Positions 54,801-64,000 of a stretch of 64,000 nt of DNA are shown one piece after another (within the stretch, counting starts at the first letter, position 1; the number at the start of each line of letters is the position of its first letter). The stretch is from an uncultured Holophagales bacterium (lineage in GTDB: Bacteria > Acidobacteriota > Thermoanaerobaculia > Multivoradales > UBA5704), in contig CAWJGT010000003.1 in NCBI GenBank assembly GCA_963842525.1, positions 160,001-224,000 of the forward strand. The letters run 5' to 3'. A program made the position numbers and the translations under genes. The notes under the pieces are model-generated. The model was given only the letters and a program-made list of their open reading frames with translations, searched no databases and was not told the DNA's origin.

Positions 54801-56517
54801 GCAGGGGCCTTCCGGCCTCGGGATCGACATGGTGGGCCTCATCGGGCTCATCGGCGCGGGCGGCGGCAGCGGCGACAACCTCCTCAACACGCTGGTCGAC
54901 GACGACCAGCCGTTCGACGCCGCGCACGACATGATCGCGGCACCGAACGCCGGCAACGCACCCGGTTTTGACGGGCCGTGGGTGCCGGAATACAACTCGC
55001 CGTCGTGGCCGGCCGTCGTCGGTCTTGCGGGCGATCCGACCGGCAACCTGACGTACTTCGACGGCCTCAGCACGCAGGGAGACTGGAGCGCGCTCGCCGC
55101 GGACGAGTTCGGTGGCGACATCGGTACCCTCAACGCCTGGTCGATCCTCGTCACCCCGGTCCATTTTGTCTGCTCACCGTTCCTGGGAGGGGTGGCCGAC
55201 GTCTCCGCGACCAAGACGGTGACCGGCACCTTCACGGTCGGCGGCACGGTGACGTATACCGTGACGCTCACCAACGACGGCACGGCAGCTCAGGGTGACA
55301 ACCCGGGCGACGAGCTCACCGACCTCCTGCCGGCCAGCCTGACGCTGGTCAGCGCCGTGGCCACCAGCGGCACGGCGGGGACTGCGGGCAACACGGTCAC
55401 CTGGAACGGCACGATCGCACCTCTCGGCGGCACGGTCACCATCACGATCACCGCCACGATCAACGCCGGGACCCAGTGCACCTCGATCACCAACCAGGGC
55501 ACCGCGTCCTTCGACAGCGACAATGACGGTACGAACGACACCGCTGTTCCCACCGACGACCCCGGCGTGGTCGGCACGGCCGATCCCACGGTCTTCACGG
55601 TCCAGTGTGCGGCCGTCACGGCGACCAAGACCGTGAGCGGCACGTTCACAGTCGGCAGCAACATCACCTACACCATCATCCTTTCAAACTCGGGCTCCGG
55701 CGCCACTCTCGACAACGCCGGCGACGAGCTCACCGACATCCTGCCGGCCAGCCTGACGCTGGTCAGCGCCGTGGCCACCAGCGGCACTGCGGGGACCGCG
55801 GGGAACACCGTCACCTGGAACGGCAGCATCCCGGCCGCCGGCAGCGTGACCATCACCATCACCGCCACCATCAACGCCGGTACCGGGTGCACCACGATCT
55901 CCAACCAGGCGACGATCGCCTTCGATGCCGACCTGAACGGCACCAACGAGTCGGCGGGCGTCAGCGACGACCCCTCGGTCGGAGGCGCCAACGACCCGAC
56001 GACCTTCGAGGTCCAGTGCGTGGACCTCGAGGCCACCAAGACCGTGACCGGCACTTTCGAGCCCGGTGGCATCGTGACCTACACGATCGTGATCGAGAAC
56101 AACGGCAACGCGACCGCGACGGGTGTGGTATTCACCGACGACCTGCCTGCCGGCGTGACCCTGGGACCGGGCGTCCCCACGTCCACGATCGCTCCGCAAC
56201 CCACCAACACCGACCCTGTCACCTGGACCGGCGACATTCCGGCCGGCGGCAGCGTGACCATCACCATCCAGGCCACGATCGACGATGACGCTTCGGGTAC
56301 GATCAGCAACCAGGGAAGCGTCGCCTTCGACAGCGACCTCAGCGGCACCAACGACACGACGATCGATACCGACGACCCGGTTCCCCCCGGTAGCGACGAT
56401 CCGACCGCGTTCGTCGTCGGCGGCACGGTCGCGATTCCGACGGCCTCTGAGTACGGCCTGCTGCTGCTCGGGCTCGGCCTGCTGCTCGCCGCCTGGAGCG
56501 TAATGCGCCGCGCATGA
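51849..56517 (+). CDS. Secreted M36 (fungalysin) metallopeptidase with P-domain, three DUF11-like repeats and an IPTL-CTERM-like anchor; frameshifts near 52495, 53045 and 54567
   Basis: AGGAGG plus GTG; LGFDEAAGNFQ, IHELTHG (HExxH), GMGEGWSDF, GIRRFPYS, EVHNAGE; ATKTVxG..TYTI repeats; IPTASEYGLLLLGLGLLLAAWSVMRRA. Confidence 0.88.
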
Positions 56518-56556
56518 CCTGACGGTCCAGAGCGCGTCGCACTCCGCGACACGACA

Positions 56557-56593
56557 ACGCCTCACCCTCTCGGGGGTGGGGCGTTTTTCTTTT
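56557..56593 (+). terminator. Rho-independent terminator
   Basis: ACGCCTCACCCTC-TCG-GGGGTGGGGCGT-TTTTCTTTT. Confidence 0.75.
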
Positions 56594-56646
56594 GTATGGG
56601 AGGATGGCCCGCGAGTGCCCGCACGTACCTGGAGGGAGGAGACCGC

Positions 56647-58052
56647 GTGAGATCCCGATCCTGGTTTTTGTTGGTCGCCTTCGGTCTTGTGGCGGTGCCG
56701 GCAAGGCCCCTCACCCCCGGCCCCTCTCCCATCGCCCCCCCTGCCCCCGGGAGAGGGGAGGAAGACCAACTGTCGCTGTCAGCGGCGGTGGAGCGGGCCC
56801 TCGCCGGGTTTCCCGCGGTCGAGGGCGCGCGCGCCCGGCAGGAGGAGGCGCGCTTGGCGCTCGGCGAGGCCGAGGTCGGCCTGCGGCCCCGCGGCCGGTT
56901 CAACGGCTCGGCCACCCAGTACCAGGAGCCCATGGTGGTCACGCCGATCCACGGCTTCGGCCCGGGGCAGTTTCCCTCGTTCGACGAGACGCTCTTCCAG
57001 GGCACCCTCGGCGTGAGCTGGACGCTCTGGGACGGCGGCGCCAACGGCGCCCGGGTGCGGTCGGCTGTCTCGCAGCTCGAAGTTGCCGGCGCCGCCCTGA
57101 CCGCGGCCGAGCAGTCCCTGGCCGGCCGGGTCGCCGCGGCCTACCTCACCGTGCTCGGCCAGCGCCAGGTGCTGGCAGCCCACAACCTGCGCCTCGCCTC
57201 CCTGGAGGCCGAGCGGTCCCGGGTGCAGCAGCGCTTCGACGTGGGACGGGCGGCACGGCTGGAGGTCCTGCGCGCCGAGGCCGCCCTGGCGAGCGCCCGT
57301 GCCGACCGGGTCCGCCTCACGGCCGCGGTGGACAATGCCGAGCGCGATCTCGCCCGTCTCCTCGGGGCACCGGTGGAGGAGACCCGCGCGGACCGGCTCG
57401 TGCCGGTGGCCCTGGCCGACTTGAAACCGCCGGACCGGGAAGCCCTCGTCGCCGAGGGGATCGAGGCCAGCCCGGCCGTGGCCCAGGCGCGCTCCCAGGT
57501 CGCCGCCGCCGAGGCCGGGATCGCCCTGGCGCGGAGCTCCCTGAGGCCGGAGCTGCGGGCGGTGGCCAACCTGAACGAGTGGGGCTCCAAGGACGGAGAC
57601 TTCGCCACCGAATGGAACGCCGGCTTCCAGGTCGCCGTGCCCCTCTTCGAAGGCGGCGCCACCCGCCGGCGGATCGCCCGCGCCGAGGCGTCCCGGCGCG
57701 CCGCGGCCGAGCAGCTCCGGCTGGCCGAGCTGCAGGTGCGCGAGGACGTGGACCGCGCCGCCGCCCGCGAAGAGGAGGCCCAGGCGCGCGCCGAAAGCCT
57801 CGCCAGCGCGGTCGAAAGCGCTTCGCTGAAGTCGTCCGCGTCCAGAAGCTCCTCCTCGACGAGGGGGCCGGGACCCAGACCGACTTCCTCACCGCCGAGG
57901 CCGACCTGTTGACCGCGCGCGCCAACCTGGCCGAGGCGGGCCACGCCGCGATCCTGGCGCGCGTCGACCTCGCCCGCGCCGCCGGCCGGCTGGGCCCGGA
58001 CTGGCTGCGGAGCAATGTCCTGGATGTGTCGCAGGTGGAGACCAACCCATGA
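56647..58052 (+). CDS. TolC-family outer-membrane efflux protein; frameshift near 57817
   Basis: Signal peptide; LSLSAAVERAL, WTLWDGG, VPLFEGG; C-terminus RFAEVVRVQKLLLDEGAGTQTDFLTAEADL is in the 56592..58052 frame. Confidence 0.85.
56706..56760. repeat. CCCTCACCCC-family element in frame after the TolC signal peptide
   Basis: Encodes PLTPGPSPIAPPAPGRGEE. Confidence 0.8.
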
Positions 58053-59044
58053 GCCCGAAGAAGATCGTGCCGCCCCTGCTGCTGTTGGTCGTTGGCGGAG
58101 CAGCCTTCTGGTTCTACCGCTCCCAGCGGATCGAGCCCGACGAGGACACCCTTGCCGCCTCCGGCACCGTCGAAGCCACCGACGCGCAGCTCGGTTTCGC
58201 AGGGGCGGGCCGCATCGAGTCGATCGACGTCCGCGAAGGGGACGCGGTCGCGGCCGGCCAGGAGCTTGCCCGCCTCGATCGCGCCGAGCTGGAAGCCCGG
58301 CGCGCCCAGGCCGTGGCCCAGGTAGCGGCCGCCCGCGCCGCGCTCGCCGACCTGGAGCGGGGCTCGCGCCGCGAGGAGATCGCGCAGGCCCGCGCCGCCT
58401 TGACCGCCGCCGAGGAGAGGCGCCGCGACGCGCAGCGCGACCTGGAACGCACCCGCCGGCTGTACGAGGGCGGCGCGGTCAGCCGCGAGGCCTTGGACAA
58501 GGCAGAGACCGCCCTCGACGTCTTCACCGCCCAGCGCGACCAGGTCGCCGAGCAGCTCCGGCTGGTCCGCGAAGGGCCGAGCCGCGAGAAGATCGACGCC
58601 GCCCGCGCCCAGGTGGCCCAGGCCGAGGCCGCCCTTCAGGGAGCCGAGGCCGCGCTCGGCAACACTGTGATGAGCGCGCCGTTTGCGGGCCGGGTCACCG
58701 TCCGCAACCGCCAGGCCGGGGAGACCGTGTCTCCCGGGGCGCCCGTGCTCACCTTGATGGACCCGCGCGACCGCTGGGTGCGCATCTACGTCAAGGAAGA
58801 CCGCCTCGGCGCCGTCAAGCTGGGCACCCGCGCCGCCATCACCTCCGACACCTATCCTGGAAAGACCTATCCCGGAGAGGTCTCCTACATCTCCTCCGAG
58901 GCCGAGTTCACGCCGAAGAGCGTGCAGACCGCCGAGGAGCGGGTCCGCCTCGTCTATGCCGTCAAGGTGCGCATCACCGGCGACCCGGGACATGAGCTGA
59001 AGCCGGGGCTGCCGGCGGACGTGCGGCTGGAGGTGGCGCCGTGA
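58049..59044 (+). CDS. HlyD-family periplasmic adaptor (YbhG-like)
   Basis: ASGTVEA, VREGDAVAAGQ, EAEFTPKSVQT..RLVYAVKV, LKPGLPAD. Confidence 0.92.
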   Translation: MSPKKIVPPLLLLVVGGAAFWFYRSQRIEPDEDTLAASGTVEATDAQLGFAGAGRIESIDVREGDAVAAGQELARLDRAELEARRAQAVAQVAAARAALADLERGSRREEIAQARAALTAAEERRRDAQRDLERTRRLYEGGAVSREALDKAETALDVFTAQRDQVAEQLRLVREGPSREKIDAARAQVAQAEAALQGAEAALGNTVMSAPFAGRVTVRNRQAGETVSPGAPVLTLMDPRDRWVRIYVKEDRLGAVKLGTRAAITSDTYPGKTYPGEVSYISSEAEFTPKSVQTAEERVRLVYAVKVRITGDPGHELKPGLPADVRLEVAP

Positions 59045-59050
59045 TGGAGG

Positions 59051-59212
59051 GGCCTCACCCCCGGCCCCTCTCCCATCTCCCACCCGCCCTTTCCCCGGGA
59101 GAGGGGAGAAATTTCGCCAGAAAAGCCTCTGGAAAGAGTCTTCTTGCATTGTTCCCCCTCTCCCGGCGGGGGGTGGAAGGGAGATGGGAGAGGGGGTTAG
59201 GGGGTGAGGTCC
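59051..59212. repeat. Full-length CCCTCACCCC-family element inside the efflux operon
   Basis: GGCCTCACCCCCGGCCCCTCTCCCATCTCCC...GGGAGATGGGAGAGGGGGTTAGGGGGTGAGGTCC. Confidence 0.85.
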
Positions 59213-59213
59213 C

Positions 59214-60146
59214 TTGATCCGCGTCGACAACCTCACCCGCCGCTTCGGCGATCTCGTGGCTGTGGACCGGCTGAGCTTCGAGGTGCGGCGCGGCGAGCTG
59301 TTCGGCCTGGTCGGCCCGGACGGCGCCGGCAAGACCACCACGCTGCGCATGCTGGCCGGCGTGCTCCGGCCCACGGCCGGGGACGCGATGCTCGACGGCG
59401 TCTCGGTGGCGCGCGATCCCGAGCGGGTCAAGCACGGCCTCGCCTACATGTCCCAGCGCTTCGGCCTCTACGCCGACCTCACAGTGATCGAAAACCTCCA
59501 GTTCTACGCCGACCTCTACCGGGTGCCGCGCCGCGAAAGAGCAAGCCGCCTGGAGAGGCTTTTCCAATTTTCCAACCTGGGCCCGTTCCGCGACCGGCTG
59601 GCCGGCAAGCTCTCGGGCGGCATGAAGCAGAAGCTCGGGCTCTCCTGCGCCCTTATCCACCAGCCGGTCATCCTGCTCCTGGACGAGCCCACCTTCGGCG
59701 TCGACCCGGTCTCCCGGCGCGACCTCTGGCTGATCGTCCACGAGATGGTGGCCGAAGGGGTGACCGCGGTGGTGAGCACGGCCTACATGGACGAGGCCGA
59801 ACGCTTCGACCGGCTGGTCCTCCTGCACAAGGGGAGCCTGCTGGCCCTGGATGCTCCCGAGGCGCTGCAGAAGGGCTTCGACGGGCAGGTCCTGGAGCTG
59901 CGGGTGGACCGTCCGCGCGAAGCCCGCGAACGGCTGCTCGGCCATCCGGCGGTACGGCGGGTCGCGCTCTTCGGCGACCGCCTCCACCTCACCGTCGCAT
60001 CGCCCGGGACGGACGGCCCCGCGGTGACGGCGGCCCTGCGTGAAGCCGGCTTCGCGGTCGAAGGCGCGCGCCCGGTGCCGCCCTCGCTCGAAGACGTCTT
60101 CATCGAGAAGATCGCTGCCGCCGAGGCAACTCAGGAGGCAGCATGA
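59214..60146 (+). CDS. ABC transporter ATP-binding protein 1
   Basis: [24 protein letters not shown]. Confidence 0.93.
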   Translation: MIRVDNLTRRFGDLVAVDRLSFEVRRGELFGLVGPDGAGKTTTLRMLAGVLRPTAGDAMLDGVSVARDPERVKHGLAYMSQRFGLYADLTVIENLQFYADLYRVPRRERASRLERLFQFSNLGPFRDRLAGKLSGGMKQKLGLSCALIHQPVILLLDEPTFGVDPVSRRDLWLIVHEMVAEGVTAVVSTAYMDEAERFDRLVLLHKGSLLALDAPEALQKGFDGQVLELRVDRPREARERLLGHPAVRRVALFGDRLHLTVASPGTDGPAVTAALREAGFAVEGARPVPPSLEDVFIEKIAAAEATQEAA

Positions 60147-61184
60147 GCCGCGTTCTCTCCTCTTCTGGAGCTGCATTGTCTTCCCCCCTCTCCCGGGGGT
60201 CGGGAGTGCGGATGGGAGAGGGGGGCCAGGGGGGTGAGGGGGCCATCGCCGTCGAGGTCGAGGACCTCACCCGGACCTACGGCGACTTCGTGGCCGTGGA
60301 CCATGTCAGCTTCGCGGTGGAGAAGGAGGAGGTCTTCGGCTTCCTCGGCCCCAACGGCGCCGGCAAGACGACGACGATCAAGATGCTGACCGGCCTGGTG
60401 CCGCCGACCTCGGGCCGCGGCAAGGTGGCGGGATTCGACATCCTGACGGGAGCGGCGGCAGATCAAGCGCCACATCGGCTACATGTCGCAGCTCTTCTCG
60501 CTCTATGCCGACCTCACGGTCGAAGAGAATATTGCCTTCTTTTCCGGCCTCTACGGCGTGTCCCGGGAGCGCCGGGCCGAGCGCCGCGACTGGGTGCTGC
60601 AGATGGCCGGGCTCGTGGACCAGCGGGAGAGGCTGACCGGCGAGCTCTCCCTGGGTTGGAAGCAGCGGCTCGCCCTGGGGTGTGCCGTGCTCCACGAGCC
60701 GCCCGTCCTCTTCCTCGACGAGCCAACCTCCGGGGTGGACCCGATCTCGCGCCGCTCCTTCTGGGACCTGATCTACACCCTGGCCACCGCCGGGACCACG
60801 GTCTTCGTGACCACCCACTACATGGAAGAGGCCGAATACTGCCACCGGCTGGCGCTGATGAACCGCGGGAAGCTGGTCGCCCTCGACACGCCGGCCCACC
60901 TGCGGGAGGGTCTGAAGCAGCCGCTGCTGGAGGTCCGCACCCCCGCGGGAGCCCGGGCCGCCGAGCTGCTGGAGAAAGCCCCTGGAGTGGTCGGAGCCGG
61001 CCTCTTCGGCCGCACGCTGCACGTCACCCTGGAGGAGGGAACGAATCCTGCCGCGGCCCGCCGCGAGATCGAGGAATTCCTGGGCTCCCACGGCGTGCCG
61101 GTCGAGAGCATCGAGGAGATCACCCCGTCCCTGGAGGACGTCTTCATCGCCCTGGTCCAGGAGGCCGGGGGAGCGCCGGCATGA
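60143..61184 (+). CDS. ABC transporter ATP-binding protein 2; frameshift near 60449
   Basis: GPNGAGKTT in the first frame; [21 protein letters not shown] and TTHY in the second. Confidence 0.88.
60183..60242. repeat. CCCTCACCCC-family half element, reverse orientation, in the ATPase 2 N-terminus
   Basis: Encodes [20 protein letters not shown]. Confidence 0.75.
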
Positions 61185-62305
61185 GCCTCACCCGCCTGCT
61201 CGCCATCGCCCGCAAGGAGCTGATCCAGCTCCGGCGCGACACCCGCAGCCTGATCCTCGCCTTCCTGCTGCCGGTGCTGCTGCTCGTCCTTTTTGGCTAT
61301 GCCATCTCCTGGGACGTGCGCGACCTGCGCACGGCCGTGCTCGACGGTGACCGCTCGGCGCGCAGCCGCGAGCTGATCGAATCCTTCCGCGCCTCCGGCT
61401 ACTTCGAGATCGTCGATCACCTGGAAAGACCTGCCGAGATCGGACCCCTGCTCGACCGTGGCGCCATCCAGATCGCCCTGGTGATCCCGCCCGGCTTCGC
61501 TGCCGACGTGGACGGCGGCCGGACCGCGGCGGTCCAGGCGATCGTCGATGGCAGCGACGCCAACACCGCCACCATCGCCCTGGCCTATGCCGAGGCCGTG
61601 GCGCGGTCCTGGTCCGCGCGGGTGATGCTGCACGGCGCCGCGCTCTCGTCCATTCGGCCGCCGGTCGAGGCCGCCTCGCGGGTCTGGTACAACGAGGAGC
61701 TGCTCAGCCGCAACATGATCGTCCCCGGCCTGGTGGCCGCCATCATGGCGATCATCGCGGCCATGCTCACCTCGCTGACCATTGCCCGCGAGTGGGAGCG
61801 CGGCACCATGGAGCAGCTCGCCGCAACGCCGGTCTCGCGCCTGGAGGTCGTCCTCGGCAAGCTCCTTCCCTATATTGCCATCGGCCTGGCCGACGTGGTC
61901 GTCAGCGCGGTCCTCGGCGTCGTGCTGTTCGACGTCCCTTTCCGCGGCAGCCCGGTCCTCCTGCTGGCGCTCTCGTCCCTCTTCCTGATCGGCGCTTTGG
62001 GGCTCGGCATGTTCATCTCGGCGGCGGCGAAGTCGCAGGTCCTGGCCACGCAGATCGCCATGCTCGCCACCTTCCTGCCGACCTTCCTGCTGTCCGGCTT
62101 CATGTTCGCGGTCGAGGTCATGCCGCGCCCCCTCCAGGCGCTGAGCTTCCTCATCCCGGCACGCTATTTTCTGGTGGTCACCCGCGGCATCTTCCTCAAG
62201 GGCGTGGGCATCGAGGTGCTCTTCGTCCAGGCGCTGCTGATGATCGCCTTCGCCGTGGTGGGCCTCGGCCTGGCGGTGCTCAAATTCCGCAAGGAGCTGG
62301 GATGA
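61181..62305 (+). CDS. ABC-2 type permease (YbhS-like)
   Basis: [42 protein letters not shown]. Confidence 0.92.
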   Translation: MSLTRLLAIARKELIQLRRDTRSLILAFLLPVLLLVLFGYAISWDVRDLRTAVLDGDRSARSRELIESFRASGYFEIVDHLERPAEIGPLLDRGAIQIALVIPPGFAADVDGGRTAAVQAIVDGSDANTATIALAYAEAVARSWSARVMLHGAALSSIRPPVEAASRVWYNEELLSRNMIVPGLVAAIMAIIAAMLTSLTIAREWERGTMEQLAATPVSRLEVVLGKLLPYIAIGLADVVVSAVLGVVLFDVPFRGSPVLLLALSSLFLIGALGLGMFISAAAKSQVLATQIAMLATFLPTFLLSGFMFAVEVMPRPLQALSFLIPARYFLVVTRGIFLKGVGIEVLFVQALLMIAFAVVGLGLAVLKFRKELG

Positions 62306-63411
62306 GCCCCGAACGGGTCTTCGAGATGGTGCGCAAGGAGCTGCGCCAGGTCTTCCGCGACCCGCGGCTGAAACGGGTGATCTTCGTCGCCCCGATCGTG
62401 CAGCTCCTCGTCTTCGGCTATGCCGTCTCGACCGACGTCCGCAACACCTCGACCCTGGTGGTGGACGGCGACCGGACGCGCGCCTCGCGCGAGCTGGTGG
62501 ACGCCTTCACCGCCTCCGGCTATTTCCGCATCGTGGGGATCTCCGAGCGGCCCGCCGACCTCCTGCGCGCCCTTGACCATGGCGACGCCGCGCTGGGCGT
62601 GGTGATCCCCCCGGGGTTCTCGCGTGATCTATCCGAAAGCCGGGCGCAGGTGCAGCTCCTCTTCGACGGCACCAACTCCAACCTCGCCACGGTGGCCCGC
62701 GGCTATGCCGAGCGGATCGTCCAGAGCTATGGAGCGAGCCGCGCGCCGAGCCCGATATCGGATCAATTGTCTCCGGCTGTGGACCTGCGGTCGCGGGCCT
62801 GGTTCAACCCCGAGCTCGCGAGCCGCACGTACAACGTGCCGGCGGTGATCGGGGCCCTGCTCCTGCTCCTCTGCCTGCTCCTGACCTCGCTGGCGGTGGT
62901 ACGCGAGCGCGAGATCGGCACCCTGGAGCAGCTCCTGGTGAGCCCGCTGGAACCGGGCGAGCTGATCCTCGGCAAGAGCCTCCCCTTCGCCCTGATCGGC
63001 CTCGTCGACCTGGGGCTGGTCACCGCCGTCGCCATCTTCTGGTTCCGCGTGCCCTTGCGCGGCAGCCTGCTCCTGCTGCTGGCGGCGAGCGTCCTGTTCA
63101 TCCTTTCAGCGCTGGGCCTGGGCCTGCTGATCTCCAGCATCTCCAACACCCAGCAGGAAGCCTTCATGGCCGCCTTCCTGGTCTTCCTGCCCGCCATGCT
63201 GCTGTCCGGCTTCATGTTCCCGGTCGGCAGCATGCCGCCGGTCTTCCAGACCATGACCCTGCTGAACCCGCTGCGCCACTACCTGGAGATCGTGCGAGCC
63301 CTCTTCCTCAAGGGCGCCGGTCTCGAGGCGCTCTGGCACCAGTACCTGGCGCTCCTCGCCATGGGCACCGGTCTTCTCTGGTTGGCGGCGCGGCGGTTCC
63401 GGAGCGCGTGA
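62302..63411 (+). CDS. ABC-2 type permease (YbhR-like)
   Basis: [41 protein letters not shown]. Confidence 0.92.
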   Translation: MSPERVFEMVRKELRQVFRDPRLKRVIFVAPIVQLLVFGYAVSTDVRNTSTLVVDGDRTRASRELVDAFTASGYFRIVGISERPADLLRALDHGDAALGVVIPPGFSRDLSESRAQVQLLFDGTNSNLATVARGYAERIVQSYGASRAPSPISDQLSPAVDLRSRAWFNPELASRTYNVPAVIGALLLLLCLLLTSLAVVREREIGTLEQLLVSPLEPGELILGKSLPFALIGLVDLGLVTAVAIFWFRVPLRGSLLLLLAASVLFILSALGLGLLISSISNTQQEAFMAAFLVFLPAMLLSGFMFPVGSMPPVFQTMTLLNPLRHYLEIVRALFLKGAGLEALWHQYLALLAMGTGLLWLAARRFRSA

Positions 63412-63446
63412 AGGGGCTGGCTCCGGGACCGGCCGGCAGCGCCAGC

Positions 63447-63614
63447 TCAGTTGAAGGCCAGCATCTCGCCGACACTGATGATCGAAATCAAGGGCGTCTG
63501 GGAGCGACTGTGCAAGCCGAAACGTGCCTCAACCGACCTCCCAATCGGGTTGCCTCGGATGAGGTGGACGAGGATGGTGGTGTCGAGGAGAAGAAGGTCC
63601 GAGTGCCCGATCAC
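63447..63614 (-). pseudogene. Truncated PIN-domain toxin (55 aa)
   Basis: LLLDTTILVHLIR...ISIISVGEM then stop; GTGA overlap with the antitoxin; C-terminal acidic residues absent. Confidence 0.7.
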
Positions 63615-63937
63615 GAGAGCTTTTCGAGGGCCGCAAGGATCTCTTCCTCGCTCTCGTCCCCCGGCCAACGGCCCATGATGGCGTTGATGCCGGAGCTTGG
63701 AGTCTGAGGCCGATACAGGGCTCGGCGGTCGAGCTTTCGGAAGGAGGATAGGTAGGAACCCGTAGGCTCATCGGGAGGAGCTTCTCCGGATTCGTCCCCG
63801 TTCCTCCGGGCATGCCGCCGCAGCAGGGGCTCGACACCGCTGTGGATCAGATCGGGAACGGAGCGGCCCTCCTCGCGGGCGGTCTCTTCCAGAGCCTTCA
63901 TTTCTTCGTCCGTCAGCTTGACATGCGCGATCGCCAT
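63611..63937 (-). CDS. RHH/CopG-like antitoxin
   Basis: HVKLTDEEMKALEETAREEGRSVPDLI..; C-terminal GRWPGDESEEEILAALEKLS; GGGAGG RBS; TGCTATGAT upstream. Confidence 0.75.
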   Translation of the reverse strand: MAIAHVKLTDEEMKALEETAREEGRSVPDLIHSGVEPLLRRHARRNGDESGEAPPDEPTGSYLSSFRKLDRRALYRPQTPSSGINAIMGRWPGDESEEEILAALEKLS

Positions 63938-64000
63938 GGCGCCTCCCTTGGGACCTCATCCAACTCCATCAAAATCATAGCACGTCTTCGTGCGGCATTG

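Noticed and set aside
60143-62305. Apparent 720-aa ATPase-permease fusion
   Set aside because: Artefact of the frameshift near 60449; separate ATPase (ends 61184) and permease (starts 61181)
1-64000. tRNA, rRNA or prophage genes
   Set aside because: No cloverleaf or rRNA-like segments and no phage structural or integrase genes recognised by eye; tRNAscan and Infernal were not run

Overview
High-GC bacterial chromosomal window. The gene content (ECF43-type sigma plus Ser/Thr kinase-TPR, signal-peptide TPR-CHAT plus ECF/zf-HC2, an IPTL-CTERM protein, a Thr-type sulfatase) suggests Acidobacteriota such as Thermoanaerobaculia; this is inference only. From left to right: (1) an orphan biosynthetic-type operon with a flavin oxidoreductase, a hypothetical protein, a polyprenyl diphosphate synthase and two large proteins holding five acetoacetate-decarboxylase(ADC)-like domains; (2) a specialised GrpE-Hsp70-large helical protein-J-domain (YPPE instead of HPD) operon; (3) an ECF sigma/kinase pair and two secreted repeat proteins; (4) a non-coding array of about 20 palindromic 19-bp repeats next to a degenerate, integrase-less integron cassette array whose main cassette encodes a TIR-domain protein, followed by a patchwork of direct repeats, a VapBC pair and gene fragments; (5) cNMP-TrxB-like plus zf-UBP; (6) a TPR-CHAT protease/ECF sigma/zf-HC2 anti-sigma locus with twin small beta-rich proteins; (7) an IS200/RAYT-like HUH transposase between ~95-bp inverted REP-like arms; (8) ACP-acyl-AMP ligase-acyltransferase plus WS/DGAT; (9) HPF, a decayed dynamin-like locus, a sulfatase, an M36 peptidase, a TolC-HlyD-ABC efflux operon and a truncated PIN toxin-antitoxin pair. 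Several single-base frameshifts in otherwise intact genes look like long-read indel errors. No rRNA, tRNA or CRISPR array was seen. All family assignments come from motif recognition by eye, not database searches.
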